From: Paramoeba atlantica
Lineage: Eukaryota > Protista > Discosea
Reading direction: 5' to 3'
NCBI GenBank assembly: GCA_977017575.1
Contig: CDRNVI010000052.1
Location: 248,001-312,000 of the forward strand
Length of the DNA: 64,000 nucleotides
In this document: in pieces, positions 30,001 through 41,886 of the stretch
Numbering within the stretch: position 1 is the stretch's first letter
Layout of the letters: the number at the start of each line of letters is the position of its first letter
Notes under the pieces: model-generated
Database searches by the model: none
Seen by the model: only the letters and a program-made list of their open reading frames with translations
What the model was told of the DNA's origin: nothing
Made by a program: the position numbers and the translations under genes

Positions 30001-33000
30001 TTAATACAAAAAGTGATCTTAATACAAAAAGTGATCTTAATACAAAAAGTGATCTTAATACAAAAAGTGATCTTAGTACCAAAAGTGATCTTAATCGAAA
30101 AAGTGATCTGAATACAAAAAGTGATCTTAATACAAAAAGGTGATCTTAATACAAAAAGTGATCTTAATACAAAAAGTGATCTTAATACAAAAACTGGTCT
30201 TAATACAAAAAGTGATCTTAATACAAAAAGTGATCTTAATACAAAAAGTGATCTTAATACAAAAGGTGATCTTAATACAAAAAGTGATCTTAATACAAAA
30301 AGTGAGCTTAATACAAAAGGTGATCTTAATACAAAAAGTGATCTTAATACAAAAAGTGATCTTAATACAAAACGTGATCTTAATACAAAAGTGATCTTAA
30401 TACAAAAAGTGATCTTAATACAAAAAGTGATCCTAATACAAAAAGTGATCTGAACACAAAAAGTGATCTTAATACAAAAAGTGATCTTAATACAAAAAGT
30501 GATCTTAACAAAAAAACTGGTCTTAATACAAAAAGTGATCTTAATACAAAAAGTGATCTTAATACAAAAAGTGATCTTAATACAAAAGGTGATCTTAATA
30601 CAAAAAGTGATCTTAATACAAAAAGTGAGCTTAATACAAAAGGTGATCTTAATACAAAAAGTGATCTTAATACAAAAAGTGATCTTAATACAAAATGTGA
30701 TCTTAATACAAAAGTGATCTTAATACAAAAAGTGATCTTAATACAAAAGTGATCTTAATACAAAAAGTGATCTTAATACAAAAAGTGATCTTAATACAAA
30801 AAGTGATCCTAATACAAAAAGTGATCTGAACACAAAAAGTGATCTTAATACAAAAAGTGATCTTAATACAAAAAGTGATCTTAATACAAAAAGTGATCTT
30901 AATACAAAAAGTGATCTTAATACAAAAAGTGTTCTTATTCCAAAAGGTGATCTTAATACAAAAAGTGATCTTAATACAAAAAGTGATCTTAATACAAAAA
31001 GTGATCTTAATACAAAAAGTGATCTTAATACAAAAAGTGATCTTAATACAAAAAGTGATCTTAATACAAAAAGTGATCTTATTCCAAAAGGTGATCTTAA
31101 TACAAAAAGTGATCTTAATACAAAAAGTGATCTTAATACAAAAAGTGATCTTAATACAAAAAGTGATCTTAATACAAAAAGTGATCTTAATACAAAAAGT
31201 GATCTTAATACAAAAAGTGATCTTAATACAAAAAGTGATCTTAATACAAAACGTGATCTTAATACAAAAAGTGATCTTAATACAAAAAGTGATCTTAATA
31301 CAAAAAGTGATCTTAATACAAAAGGTGATCTTAATACAAAAAGTGATCTTAATACAAAAAGTGATCTTAATACAAAAAGTGATCTTAATACAAAAAGTGA
31401 TCTTAATACAAAAAGTGATCTTAATACAAAAGGTGATCTTAATACAAAAGGTGATCTTAATACAAAAAGTGATCTTAATACAAAAAGTGATCTTAATACA
31501 AAAAGTGATCTTAATACAAAAAGTGATCTTAATACAAAAAGTGATCTTAATACAAAAAGTGATCTCAATACAAAAAGTGTTCTTAATACAAAAAGTGATC
31601 TTAATACAAAAAGTGATCTTAATACAAAAAGTGATCTTAATACAAAAAGTGATCTTAATACAAAAAGTGATCTTAATACAAAAAGTGATCTTAATACAAA
31701 AAGTGATCTTAATACAAAAAGGGTCTTAATACAAAACGTGATCTTAATACAAAAAGTGATCTTAATACAAAAAGTGATCTTAATACAAAAAGTGATCTTA
31801 ATACCAAAAGGGATCTTAATACAAAAAGTGATCTTAATACAAAAAGTGATCTTAATACAAAAAGTGATCTTAATACAAAAAGTGATCTTAATACAAAAAG
31901 TGATCTTAATACAAAAGGTGATCTTAATACAAAAGGTGATCTTAATACAAAAAGTGATCTTAATACAAAAAGTGATCTTAATACAAAAAGTGATCTTAAT
32001 ACAAAAAGTGATCTTAATACAAAAAGTGATCTTAATACAAAAAGTGATCTTAATACAAAAAGTGATCTTAATACAAAAAGTGTTCTTAATACAAAAAGTG
32101 ATCTTAATACAAAAAGTGATCTTAATACAAAAAGTGATCTTAATACAAAAAGTGATCTTAATACAAAAAGTGGTCTTAATACAAAAAGTGATCTTAATAC
32201 AAAAAGTGATCTTAATACAAAAAGTGATCTTAATACAAAAAGTGGTCTTAATACAAAACGTGATCCTAATACAAAAAGTGTTCTTAATGCAAAAAGTGAT
32301 CTTAATACAAAAAGTGATCTTAATACAAAAAGTGTTCTTAATACAAAAAGTGATCTTAATACAAAAAGTGATCTTAATACAAAAAGTGATCTTAATACAA
32401 AAAGTGATCTTAATACAAAAAGTGATCTTGTTCCAAAAGGTGATCTTAATACAAAAAGTGATCTTAATACAAAAAGTGATCTTAATACAAAAAGTGATCT
32501 TAATACAAAAGGTGATCTTAATACAAAAAGTGATCTTAATACAAAAAGTGATCTTAATACAAAAAGTGATCTTAATACAAAAAGTGATCTTAATACAAAA
32601 AGTTATCTTAATACCAAAAGTGATCTTAAGACAAAAAGTGATCTTAATACAAAAAGTGATCTTAAGACAAAAAGTGATCTTAATACAAAAAGTGATCTTA
32701 ATACAAAAAGTGATCATAATACAAAAAGTGATCTTAATACAAAAAGTGTTCTTAATACTAAAAGTGATCTTAATACAAAAAGTGATCTTAATACAAAAAG
32801 TGATCTTAATACAAAAAGTGATCTTAATACAAAAAGTGATCTTAATACAAAAAGTGATCTTAATACAAAAAGTGATCCTAATACAAAAAGTGATCTTAAT
32901 ACAAAAAGTGATCTTAATACAAAAAGTGATCTTAATACAAAAAGTGATCTTAATACAAAAAGTGATCTTAATACAAAAAGTGATCTTAATACAAAAAGTG

Positions 33001-36000
33001 ATCTTAATAAAAAAAGTGATCTTAATACAAAAAGTGATCTTAATACAAAAAGTGATCTTAATACAAAAAGTGATCTTAATACAAAAAGTGATCTTAATAC
33101 CAAAAGTGATCTTAATGCAAAAAGTGTTCTTAATACAAAAAGTGATCTTAATACAAAAAGTGATCCTAATACAAAAAGTGATCTTAATACAAAAAGTGAT
33201 CTTAATACAAAAAGTGGTCTTAATACAAAAAGTGATCTTAATACAAAAAGTGATCTTAATACAAAAAGTGATCTTAATACAAAAAGTGATCTTAATACAA
33301 AAAGTGATCTTAATACAAAAAGTGATCTTAATACAAAAAGTGATCTTAATACAAAAAGTGATCTTAATACAAAAAGTGATCTTAATACAAAAGGTGATCT
33401 TAATACAAAAAGTGATCTTAATGCAAAAAGTGATCTTAATACAAAAAGTGATTTTAATACCAAAAGTGATCTTAATGCAAAAAGTGATCTTAATACAAAA
33501 AGTGATCTTAATACAAAAAGTGATCTTAATACAAAAAGTGATCTTAATACAAAAAGTGATCTTAATACAAAAAGTGATCTTAATACAAAAAGTGATCTTA
33601 ATACAAAAAGTGATCTTAATACAAAAAGTGATCTTAATACAAAAAGTGATCTTAATGCAAAAAGTGATCTTAATACAAAAAGTGATCTTAATACAAAAAG
33701 TGATCTTAATACAAAAAGTGATCTTAATACAAAAAGTGATCTTAATACAAAAAGTGATCTTAATACAAAAAGTGATCTTAATACAAAAAGTGATCTTAAT
33801 ACAAAAAGTGATCTTAGTACCAAAAGTGATCTTAATCGAAAAAGTGATCTGAATACAAAAAGTGATCTTAATACAAAAAGGTGATCTTAATACAAAAAGT
33901 GATCTTAATACAAAAAGTGATCTTAATACAAAAACTGGTCTTAATACAAAAAGTGATCTTAATACAAAAAGTGATCTTAATACAAAAAGTGATCTTAATA
34001 CAAAAGGTGATCTTAATACAAAAAGTGATCTTAATACAAAAAGTGAGCTTAATACAAAAGGTGATCTTAATACAAAAAGTGATCTTAATACAAAAAGTGA
34101 TCTTAATACAAAACGTGATCTTAATACAAAAGTGATCTTAATACAAAAAGTGATCTTAATACAAAAAGTGATCCTAATACAAAAAGTGATCTGAACACAA
34201 AAAGTGATCTTAATACAAAAAGTGATCTTAATACAAAAAGTGATCTTAACAAAAAAACTGGTCTTAATACAAAAAGTGATCTTAATACAAAAAGTGATCT
34301 TAATACAAAAAGTGATCTTAATACAAAAGGTGATCTTAATACAAAAAGTGATCTTAATACAAAAAGTGAGCTTAATACAAAAGGTGATCTTAATACAAAA
34401 AGTGATCTTAATACAAAAAGTGATCTTAATACAAAATGTGATCTTAATACAAAAGTGATCTTAATACAAAAAGTGATCTTAATACAAAAGTGATCTTAAT
34501 ACAAAAAGTGATCTTAATACAAAAAGTGATCTTAATACAAAAAGTGATCCTAATACAAAAAGTGATCTGAACACAAAAAGTGATCTTAATACAAAAAGTG
34601 ATCTTAATACAAAAAGTGATCTTAATACAAAAAGTGATCTTAATACAAAAAGTGATCTTAATACAAAAAGTGTTCTTATTCCAAAAGGTGATCTTAATAC
34701 AAAAAGTGATCTTAATACAAAAAGTGATCTTAATACAAAAAGTGATCTTAATACAAAAAGTGATCTTAATACAAAAAGTGATCTTAATACAAAAAGTGAT
34801 CTTAATACAAAAAGTGATCTTATTCCAAAAGGTGATCTTAATACAAAAAGTGATCTTAATACAAAAAGTGATCTTAATACAAAAAGTGATCTTAATACAA
34901 AAAGTGATCTTAATACAAAAAGTGATCTTAATACAAAAAGTGATCTTAATACAAAAAGTGATCTTAATACAAAAAGTGATCTTAATACAAAACGTGATCT
35001 TAATACAAAAAGTGATCTTAATACAAAAAGTGATCTTAATACAAAAAGTGATCTTAATACAAAAGGTGATCTTAATACAAAAAGTGATCTTAATACAAAA
35101 AGTGATCTTAATACAAAAAGTGATCTTAATACAAAAAGTGATCTTAATACAAAAAGTGATCTTAATACAAAAGGTGATCTTAATACAAAAGGTGATCTTA
35201 ATACAAAAAGTGATCTTAATACAAAAAGTGATCTTAATACAAAAAGTGATCTTAATACAAAAAGTGATCTTAATACAAAAAGTGATCTTAATACAAAAAG
35301 TGATCTCAATACAAAAAGTGTTCTTAATACAAAAAGTGATCTTAATACAAAAAGTGATCTTAATACAAAAAGTGATCTTAATACAAAAAGTGATCTTAAT
35401 ACAAAAAGTGATCTTAATACAAAAAGTGATCTTAATACAAAAAGTGATCTTAATACAAAAAGGGTCTTAATACAAAACGTGATCTTAATACAAAAAGTGA
35501 TCTTAATACAAAAAGTGATCTTAATACAAAAAGTGATCTTAATACCAAAAGGGATCTTAATACAAAAAGTGATCTTAATACAAAAAGTGATCTTAATACA
35601 AAAAGTGATCTTAATACAAAAAGTGATCTTAATACAAAAAGTGATCTTAATACAAAAGGTGATCTTAATACAAAAGGTGATCTTAATACAAAAAGTGATC
35701 TTAATACAAAAAGTGATCTTAATACAAAAAGTGATCTTAATACAAAAAGTGATCTTAATACAAAAAGTGATCTTAATACAAAAAGTGATCTTAATACAAA
35801 AAGTGATCTTAATACAAAAAGTGATCTTAATACAAAAAGTGATCTTAATACAAAAAGTGTTCTTAATACAAAAAGTGATCTTAATACAAAAAGTGATCTT
35901 AATACAAAAAGTGATCTTAATACAAAAAGTGATCTTAATACAAAAAGTGGTCTTAATACAAAAAGTGATCTTAATACAAAAAGTGATCTTAATACAAAAA

Positions 36001-38342
36001 GTGATCTTAATACAAAAAGTGGTCTTAATACAAAACGTGATCCTAATACAAAAAGTGTTCTTAATGCAAAAAGTGATCTTAATACAAAAAGTGATCTTAA
36101 TACAAAAAGTGTTCTTAATACAAAAAGTGATCTTAATACAAAAAGTGATCTTAATACAAAAAGTGATCTTAATACAAAAAGTGATCTTAATACAAAAAGT
36201 GATCTTGTTCCAAAAGGTGATCTTAATACAAAAAGTGATCTTAATACAAAAAGTGATCTTAATACAAAAAGTGATCTTAATACAAAAGGTGATCTTAATA
36301 CAAAAAGTGATCTTAATACAAAAAGTGATCTTAATACGAAAAGTGATCTTAATACAAAAAGTGATCTTAATACAAAAAGTGATCTTAATACAAAACGTGA
36401 TCTTATTACAAAAGGTGATCTTAATGCAAAAAGTGATCTTAATACAAAAAGTGATCTTAATACAAAAAGTGATCTTAATACAAAAAGTGATCTTAATACA
36501 AAAAGTGATCTTAATACAAAAAGTGATCTTAATACAAAAAGTCATCTTAATACAAAAAGTGATCTTAATACAAAAAGTGATCTTAATACAAAAAGTGATC
36601 TTAATACAAAAAGTGATCTTAATACAAAAAGTGATCTTAATACAAAAAGTGATCTTAATACAAAAAGTGATCTTAATACAAAACGTGATCTTAATACAAA
36701 AAGTGATCTTAATACAAAAAGTGATCTTAATACAAAAAGTGATCTTAATACAAAAGGTGATCTTAATACAAAAGGTGATCTTAATACAAAAAGTGATCTT
36801 AATACAAAAAGTGATCTTAATACAAAAAGTGATCTTAATAGAAAAGTGATCTTAATACAAAAAGTGATCTTAATACAAAAGTGATCTTAATACAAAAAGT
36901 GATCTGAATACAAAAAGTGATCTTAATACAAAACGTGATCTTAATACAAAAAGTGATCTTAATACAAAAAGTGATCTTAATACAAAAAGTGATCTTAATA
37001 CAAAAAGTGATCTTAATACAAAAAGTGATCTTAATACAAAAAGTGATCTTAATACAAAATGTGATCTTAATACAAAAAGTGATCTTAATACAAAAAGTGA
37101 TCTTAATACAAAAAGTGATCTTAATACAAAACGTGATCTTAATACAAAAAGTGATCTTAATACAAAAGGTGATCTTAATACAAAAAGTGATCTTAATACA
37201 AAAGGTGATCTTAATACAAAAGGTGATCTTAATACAAAAAGTGATCTTAATACAAAAAGTGATCTTAATACAAAAAGTGGTCTTAATACAAAAAGTGATC
37301 TTAATACAAAAAGTGATCTTAATACAAAAAGTGTTCTTAATACAAAAAGTGATCTTAATACAAAAAGTGATCTTAATACAAAAAGTGATCTTAATACAAA
37401 ATGTGATCTTAATACAAAAAGTGATCTTAATACAAAAAGTGATCTTAATACAAAAAGTGATCTTAATACAAAAAGTGATCTTAATACAAAAAGTGATCTT
37501 AATACAAAAAGTGATCTTAATACAAAAAGTGATCTTAATACAAAAAGTGATCTTAATACAAAAAGTGATCTTAATACAAAAAGTGATCTTAATACAAAAA
37601 GTGATCTTAATACAAAACGTGATCTTAATACAAAAAGTGATCTTAATACAAAAAGTGATCTTAATACAAAAAGTGATCTTAATACAAAAGGTGATCTTAA
37701 TACAAAAAGTGATCTTAATACAAAAAGTGATCTTAATACAAAACGTGATCTTAATACAAAAGGTGATCTTAATACAAAAAGTGATCTTAATACAAAAAGT
37801 GATCTTAATACAAAAAGTGATCTTAATACAAAAAGTGATCTTAATACAAAAAGTGATCTTAATGCAAAAAGTGATCTTAATACAAAAAGTGATCTTAATA
37901 CAAAAAGTGATCTTAATACAAAAAGTGATCTTAATACAAAAAGTGATCGTAATACAAAAAGTGATCTTAATACAAAAAGTGATCTTAATACAAAAAGTGG
38001 TCTTAATACAAAAAGTGATCTTAATACAAAAAGTGATCTTAATACAAAAAGTGATCTTAATACAAAAAGTGATCTTAATACAAAAAGTGATCTTAATACA
38101 AAACGTGATCTTAATACAAAAAGTGATCTTAATACAAAAAGTGATCTTAATACAAAAAGTGATCTTAATACAAAAGGTGATCTTAATACAAAAAGTGATC
38201 TTAATACAAAAAGTGATCTTAATACAAAAAGTGATCTTAATACCAAAAGTGATCTTAATGCAAAAAGTGATCTTAATACAAAAAGTGATCTTAATACAAA
38301 AAGTGATCTTAATACAAAAAGTGATCTTAATACAAAAAGTGA
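1..38342. repeat. 18-bp tandem satellite array (GTGATCTTAATACAAAAA)n, about 2100 monomers, open at the left window edge
   Basis: Continuous 18-bp periodicity with single-base variant monomers and rare 17/19-bp monomers; ends at ...TACAAAAAGTG|AAAATCC near 38342. Confidence 0.99.
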
Positions 38343-38373
38343 AAATCCAAAATCCGAATCATTCCGGATCGCT
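38343..38373 (-). mobile_element. SINE-A 3' tail fragment abutting the satellite
   Basis: Reverse complement GAGCGATCCGGAATGATTCGGATTTTGGATTTT matches the 3' end and tail of full SINE-A copies. Confidence 0.8.
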
Positions 38374-38715
38374 CAATGTTTCAAATAATTTGCAGAATTT
38401 TGACCCTTCTTTTCCTTAAAAATCTTTCCTATAGCCATCTGGTGTTTTATGAAGCTTTTTATGCAGCAAATCAGCTTAGAATTTCGAGATCTGTTGAATG
38501 CCGAAGGAATGAGATCACAAGCTCTCACGACACAAATTTTATACTCCAGGTTATGCAAGACCTGGGTGCTATAATCCGAAATGCTCTGATCATGTTCTTA
38601 AACCCTTGGTAGGATGCACCTTGACAGGTTTTGTTTGTTTTTTTGGTAACGAACTTTATCGCAGGGCATCTTCAGATGCCGTGATTCAGGACTGGCATTC
38701 TTTCCTTCCTTTCTG

Positions 38716-39098
38716 AAAACATCCAATCCAAATCATTCCGGATTGCTCCGGATGGTCACTGGCAAGCCAGACCCTTCACAGACAGATTTGGAAGTTCCGA
38801 GGCCGACGTCCTCTACCAGTTTCCGCTTGCCCAAGGCGGCACCAACGTGATGTTGCCAACACGCTGCGTCGACGAACTGTACGTCAACACGGCTTACCCA
38901 AGAGGTGTAAGCCGGGTAAGGGAGCTGGTTCCCTGAGGGGAGGGTCCGGGACGGTCCTCCGAGTACTGGACCTATTCGGTTATCAGCCAGCCTCTTAGAG
39001 TGAGGCCGCCGGGAATATTGCGATGAGCGGGTTTGAACTCGCCGTCTGAGCACCATGTGCTTCAAACTTTGAATTCTTGCCACTCCGCCACCTCCGCC
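38716..39098 (-). mobile_element. SINE-A, full length (about 385 bp, tRNA-derived head)
   Basis: Head has A-box TGGCGGAGTGG and B-box GTTCAAACC; near-identical to 46119-46500, 47490-47876 and 61007-61400; T(n)GGA tail. Confidence 0.85.
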
Positions 39099-39103
39099 CT
39101 AAA

Positions 39104-39217
39104 GAGTACAACGCTCAGGGTTCCCGAGCGATCGCTCACCTCAGTACTAACTGAGCCTGGCGGTGCTTAACCTCACAAAGAACAGGATGTGGTGTTTTCA
39201 CCGTAGTATGGCCGTAC
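39104..39217 (-). rRNA. 5S rRNA copy, probably a pseudogene (first 1-2 nt missing, apparent 3-nt internal deletion)
   Basis: Reverse complement GTACGGCCATACTACGGTGAAAACACCACATCC...GTTAAGCACCGCCAGGCTCAGTTAGTACTGAGG...GGGAACCCTGAGCGTTGTACTC followed by TTT; recognisable 5S hallmarks, resembling kinetoplastid/euglenozoan 5S as I recall it. Confidence 0.9.
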
Positions 39218-39659
39218 AACCTGCAGGTTGGTGGTTAGATTCCCGCTATCGACAAAACTCGCAACCTGGCGGCCTCACTCAAGGGGAAGCGATCAGGAGT
39301 TCCTCCAAGGCCCATACTCAACCCCGCTCCCCTGGAGGACCGATCTGGAACCGCCGAGCTGAACCAGGCTCCGGCGCAACCGCTAAATTGCGATCTGCCT
39401 ACGCAAAGGAGGCTTGAGACACAGCCTAAACGATTCGAGGCGGTTGGACGCCCGTCCTGGTAGCTACGGTTGCGTAGCCGTTCTCGGGCTGCAAGGCGTC
39501 GAGTGCCGTCTTGGAAGGGGGTAGCAAGACAATGAAGGTCAGTGACCTGAAACTCTACCCTAACGGTTGGCGCTGCAGAGCCCTCCGTGTCTTCTTCTTT
39601 TTCTTCTTCTTCATCTTCTTCTTTTTCTTCTTCTTCATCTTCTTCTTCTTCTTCTTCTG
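39215..39659 (+). mobile_element. SINE-B, 5'-truncated within the tRNA head, (TTC)n tail
   Basis: Matches 55102-55645 (-); degenerate B-box GTTAGATTCCC; ends in a TTC microsatellite tail. Confidence 0.85.
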
Positions 39660-39799
39660 CAAGGAATACATAGATGCATTCCTTGGCAATGTTGTGCCAC
39701 ATGTTTGGTCATAGCCTCTTTTTCAAGAGGTGTTTCGGAACACCTGGTATGTGTTTTCCGTTTCAAGGACGTTTTCTGTCCAAAGAAAAGCTGTCCAAA

Positions 39800-39920
39800 A
39801 AAAGCTTCTGCGGGTTTTGTTCGAAAAAAAATTCGTGCGGTATCCCCCCCCCCACTAGAGCCCCCCCATGGACGCCCCCCATGGACCCACCATTTTTTTC
39901 ATTTTTTTTTTTTTTGGCCC
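39800..39920. repeat. C-rich CCCCCCC(A)TGGA module, homologous to 58310-58450 (inverted) and similar to 56605-56690
   Basis: Shared TTCTGCGG..TTCGAAAA, C-run/TGGA repeats and a following T-run. Confidence 0.55.
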
Positions 39921-40155
39921 TTTTTGATCTTTTGCACAAAGTTGAGCTTCGGGATTCGGAAGGTCACTTTCGAGAAGAATAACTTTACAAGAATCACCAA
40001 TTGTAATAAGTTGATCGTCATTCGTTCGCTTTTTGTACCTTTTCATGCACTCTTCTTGAGCTTCCGTACTGACTGAAAAATCTTAAAAAGGAAGACGATC
40101 AATGTAGGAAGACTCATAGAAGTATTTTAGTGTGTCTTCTGGATTGCGCTCAGAT

Positions 40156-40210
40156 GAAGAGAAGAAGAAGAAGACACTGAGGGCTCTGCAGCGCCAACCG
40201 TTAGGGTAGA
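40156..40210 (-). mobile_element. SINE-B 3' fragment
   Basis: (GAA)n followed by GACACTGAGGGCTCTGCAGCGCCAACCGTTAGGGTAGA, matching the SINE-B 3' end. Confidence 0.85.
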
Positions 40211-40627
40211 TCCATACTGATTTTAGTGGATGATCTATCCTTGTGAAGGCGTCTTTGGTACGCTTTTCTGGTGGATACAAAGTGAAGGGTATATCCACCA
40301 ATTCGCCATTTTCCAGTGATTTTCGTTGATGCGCTCGGGAACTGGATGCAAGCCTTCCCGATACATATGAAAATATCTAGGGGATAGTCCTTGGTAAAGA
40401 TCAAGTGCCCAGTTAGGAAGCTTGGCATGAATCGTGCTTTCCAATGCTCTGGTTAACTCTTCCCGTTGTTGCGTGATATGTGTAACCCTAGAAACTGAGT
40501 GAGGGCTCAGTTCCGTCCACAGAAGACAATGATAGTGCAGTGCGCCTCCTTTTTGACATTCTACTACACCGAAAAAGGCACGAGGAGCGCCGAAGATACC
40601 AATACGAACTTCCTGTTCCTTCTGTAA

Positions 40628-40817
40628 GACTAGTCGACAGCAGCGTGTTGTCAGGACTAGTCGACAGCAGCTTCTAGTCGACGCATCGTGTTGGTAACAG
40701 CACGTGGTGCCGCCTTGGACAAGCGGAAACTGGTAGAGGACGTCGGCCTCGGAACTTCCAAATCTGTCTGTGAAGGGTCTGGCTTGCGAGCGACCATCCG
40801 GAGCAACCCGGAATGAT
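40628..40817 (+). mobile_element. SINE-A 3' half with a stuttered 5' junction
   Basis: 40676-40817 matches the SINE-A 3' half; preceded by two GACTAGTCGACAGCAGC copies. Confidence 0.85.
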
Positions 40818-41886
40818 TATCATCCTCAGTAATAATGCGAAGCCCGAGAATATTGTCATTCATGTTTGGACTTATGGTAATCCAAAACGATGGCAATCCC
40901 AATCTTCTTTAAAGTGCCCATATAAGAGCTTGCGAAGCTTTTCGTTTCCCAGGGGAGAAAGGAAGAGACTGGCTTCACACTTAAACGTAAGGTAAAAAAG
41001 CGTCTTCGAGTATTTTGGATTCCCTTCCGTTTGGATTACGTGCTGCATTTTCCACAAGATCTTGAAAATCAGCCCGGGAACAAAAGTGCATCAGACTTTG
41101 CTGCATATCGCGGTGCATAAGCTTGTGCAGTCGCACTTGATACCGCGGGGCGGAGGAGTACGTAAAACGTAAAAAAGGAATGCAGGACAAAAGAAGGGTT
41201 CATTTCGTAGTCTTGGAAAGTGTTTCCCTTGAAACAAAATTTTTGCATGAGATCAGGAAAACTTCCCAACAAGATCTCTCTCATATCTGCATTGAGAAGA
41301 CCCGGGCGCATGGTCATGAGCGGTGCACGTGAAAGATAAGTCTTTGCACTAGTGGCTAGCGAGGGACTATGGTCACCCACAAACGTGTGAGTTACTCTTC
41401 CTCGAGGGTCGCTATGGAGTGTGCTCTATAGCGCCACGTACAACCATGCTGCGCGTCGCATCTTCCCTACCTTCATACAAGGCGCGATCCCAAATTGACT
41501 CCGCAATTCTTTCGCATTGCACATCAGTGGCAACGTTGATCTTTCCTCGCTCCTTGAGACTTCGTTGTGCTCGGCAAGCCAATTGACCCAGGTGTTAATA
41601 GTCGTGGCGTTGACTGAAAAATATCGGCTCAATTGTGCGGCGCACAATCTTTGAGAGCGTTTGGTTCTCTTACCGTTCGATACCCATACAATCTGAACAT
41701 ACGTACTTGCTCTCTCAAGATCCGGAACGCGGTCGAGACTCAGAAGCTCAACCGTGTCGCGTGCAGCTGCTGTGTCGTGACCCATAAATTTTGCATCACC
41801 TCCTAACGAAGCAGCGTAAGCCCCACCAAACTTGTTTACTTCGACATACGTACAATGTACTAATATCTTGCAAAGCAAGATTCTTT

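Noticed and set aside
1-38342. CRISPR array or iteron-type interpretation
   Set aside because: No unique spacers, no cas or rep genes, and a eukaryotic context.
1-38342. Phased A-tract bent DNA as in kinetoplast minicircles
   Set aside because: A5 tracts recur every 18 bp, out of phase with the 10.5-bp helical repeat.
1-38419. Giant ORFs (up to 6085 aa; NTKSDL, QKVILI, CIKITF and VLRSLF repeats)
   Set aside because: They are open frames of a stop-poor 18-mer on both strands, broken by 1-bp indels, with no unique N- or C-terminal domain.
38374-38715. Possible coding remnant between the array edge and SINE-A
   Set aside because: Short interrupted frames with no motif I can assign.
39235-39982. 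Acidic (EEEEDEEE) and poly-Phe/Leu ORFs, and the many short ORFs repeating RIAPDGHWQ or NHSGLLRMV
   Set aside because: They are translations of the (TTC)n tail and of SINE-A/SINE-B bodies.
40195-40210. TTAGGG / telomerase-template-like CCCTAAC in the SINE-B 3' end
   Set aside because: A single hexamer per copy, expected by chance.
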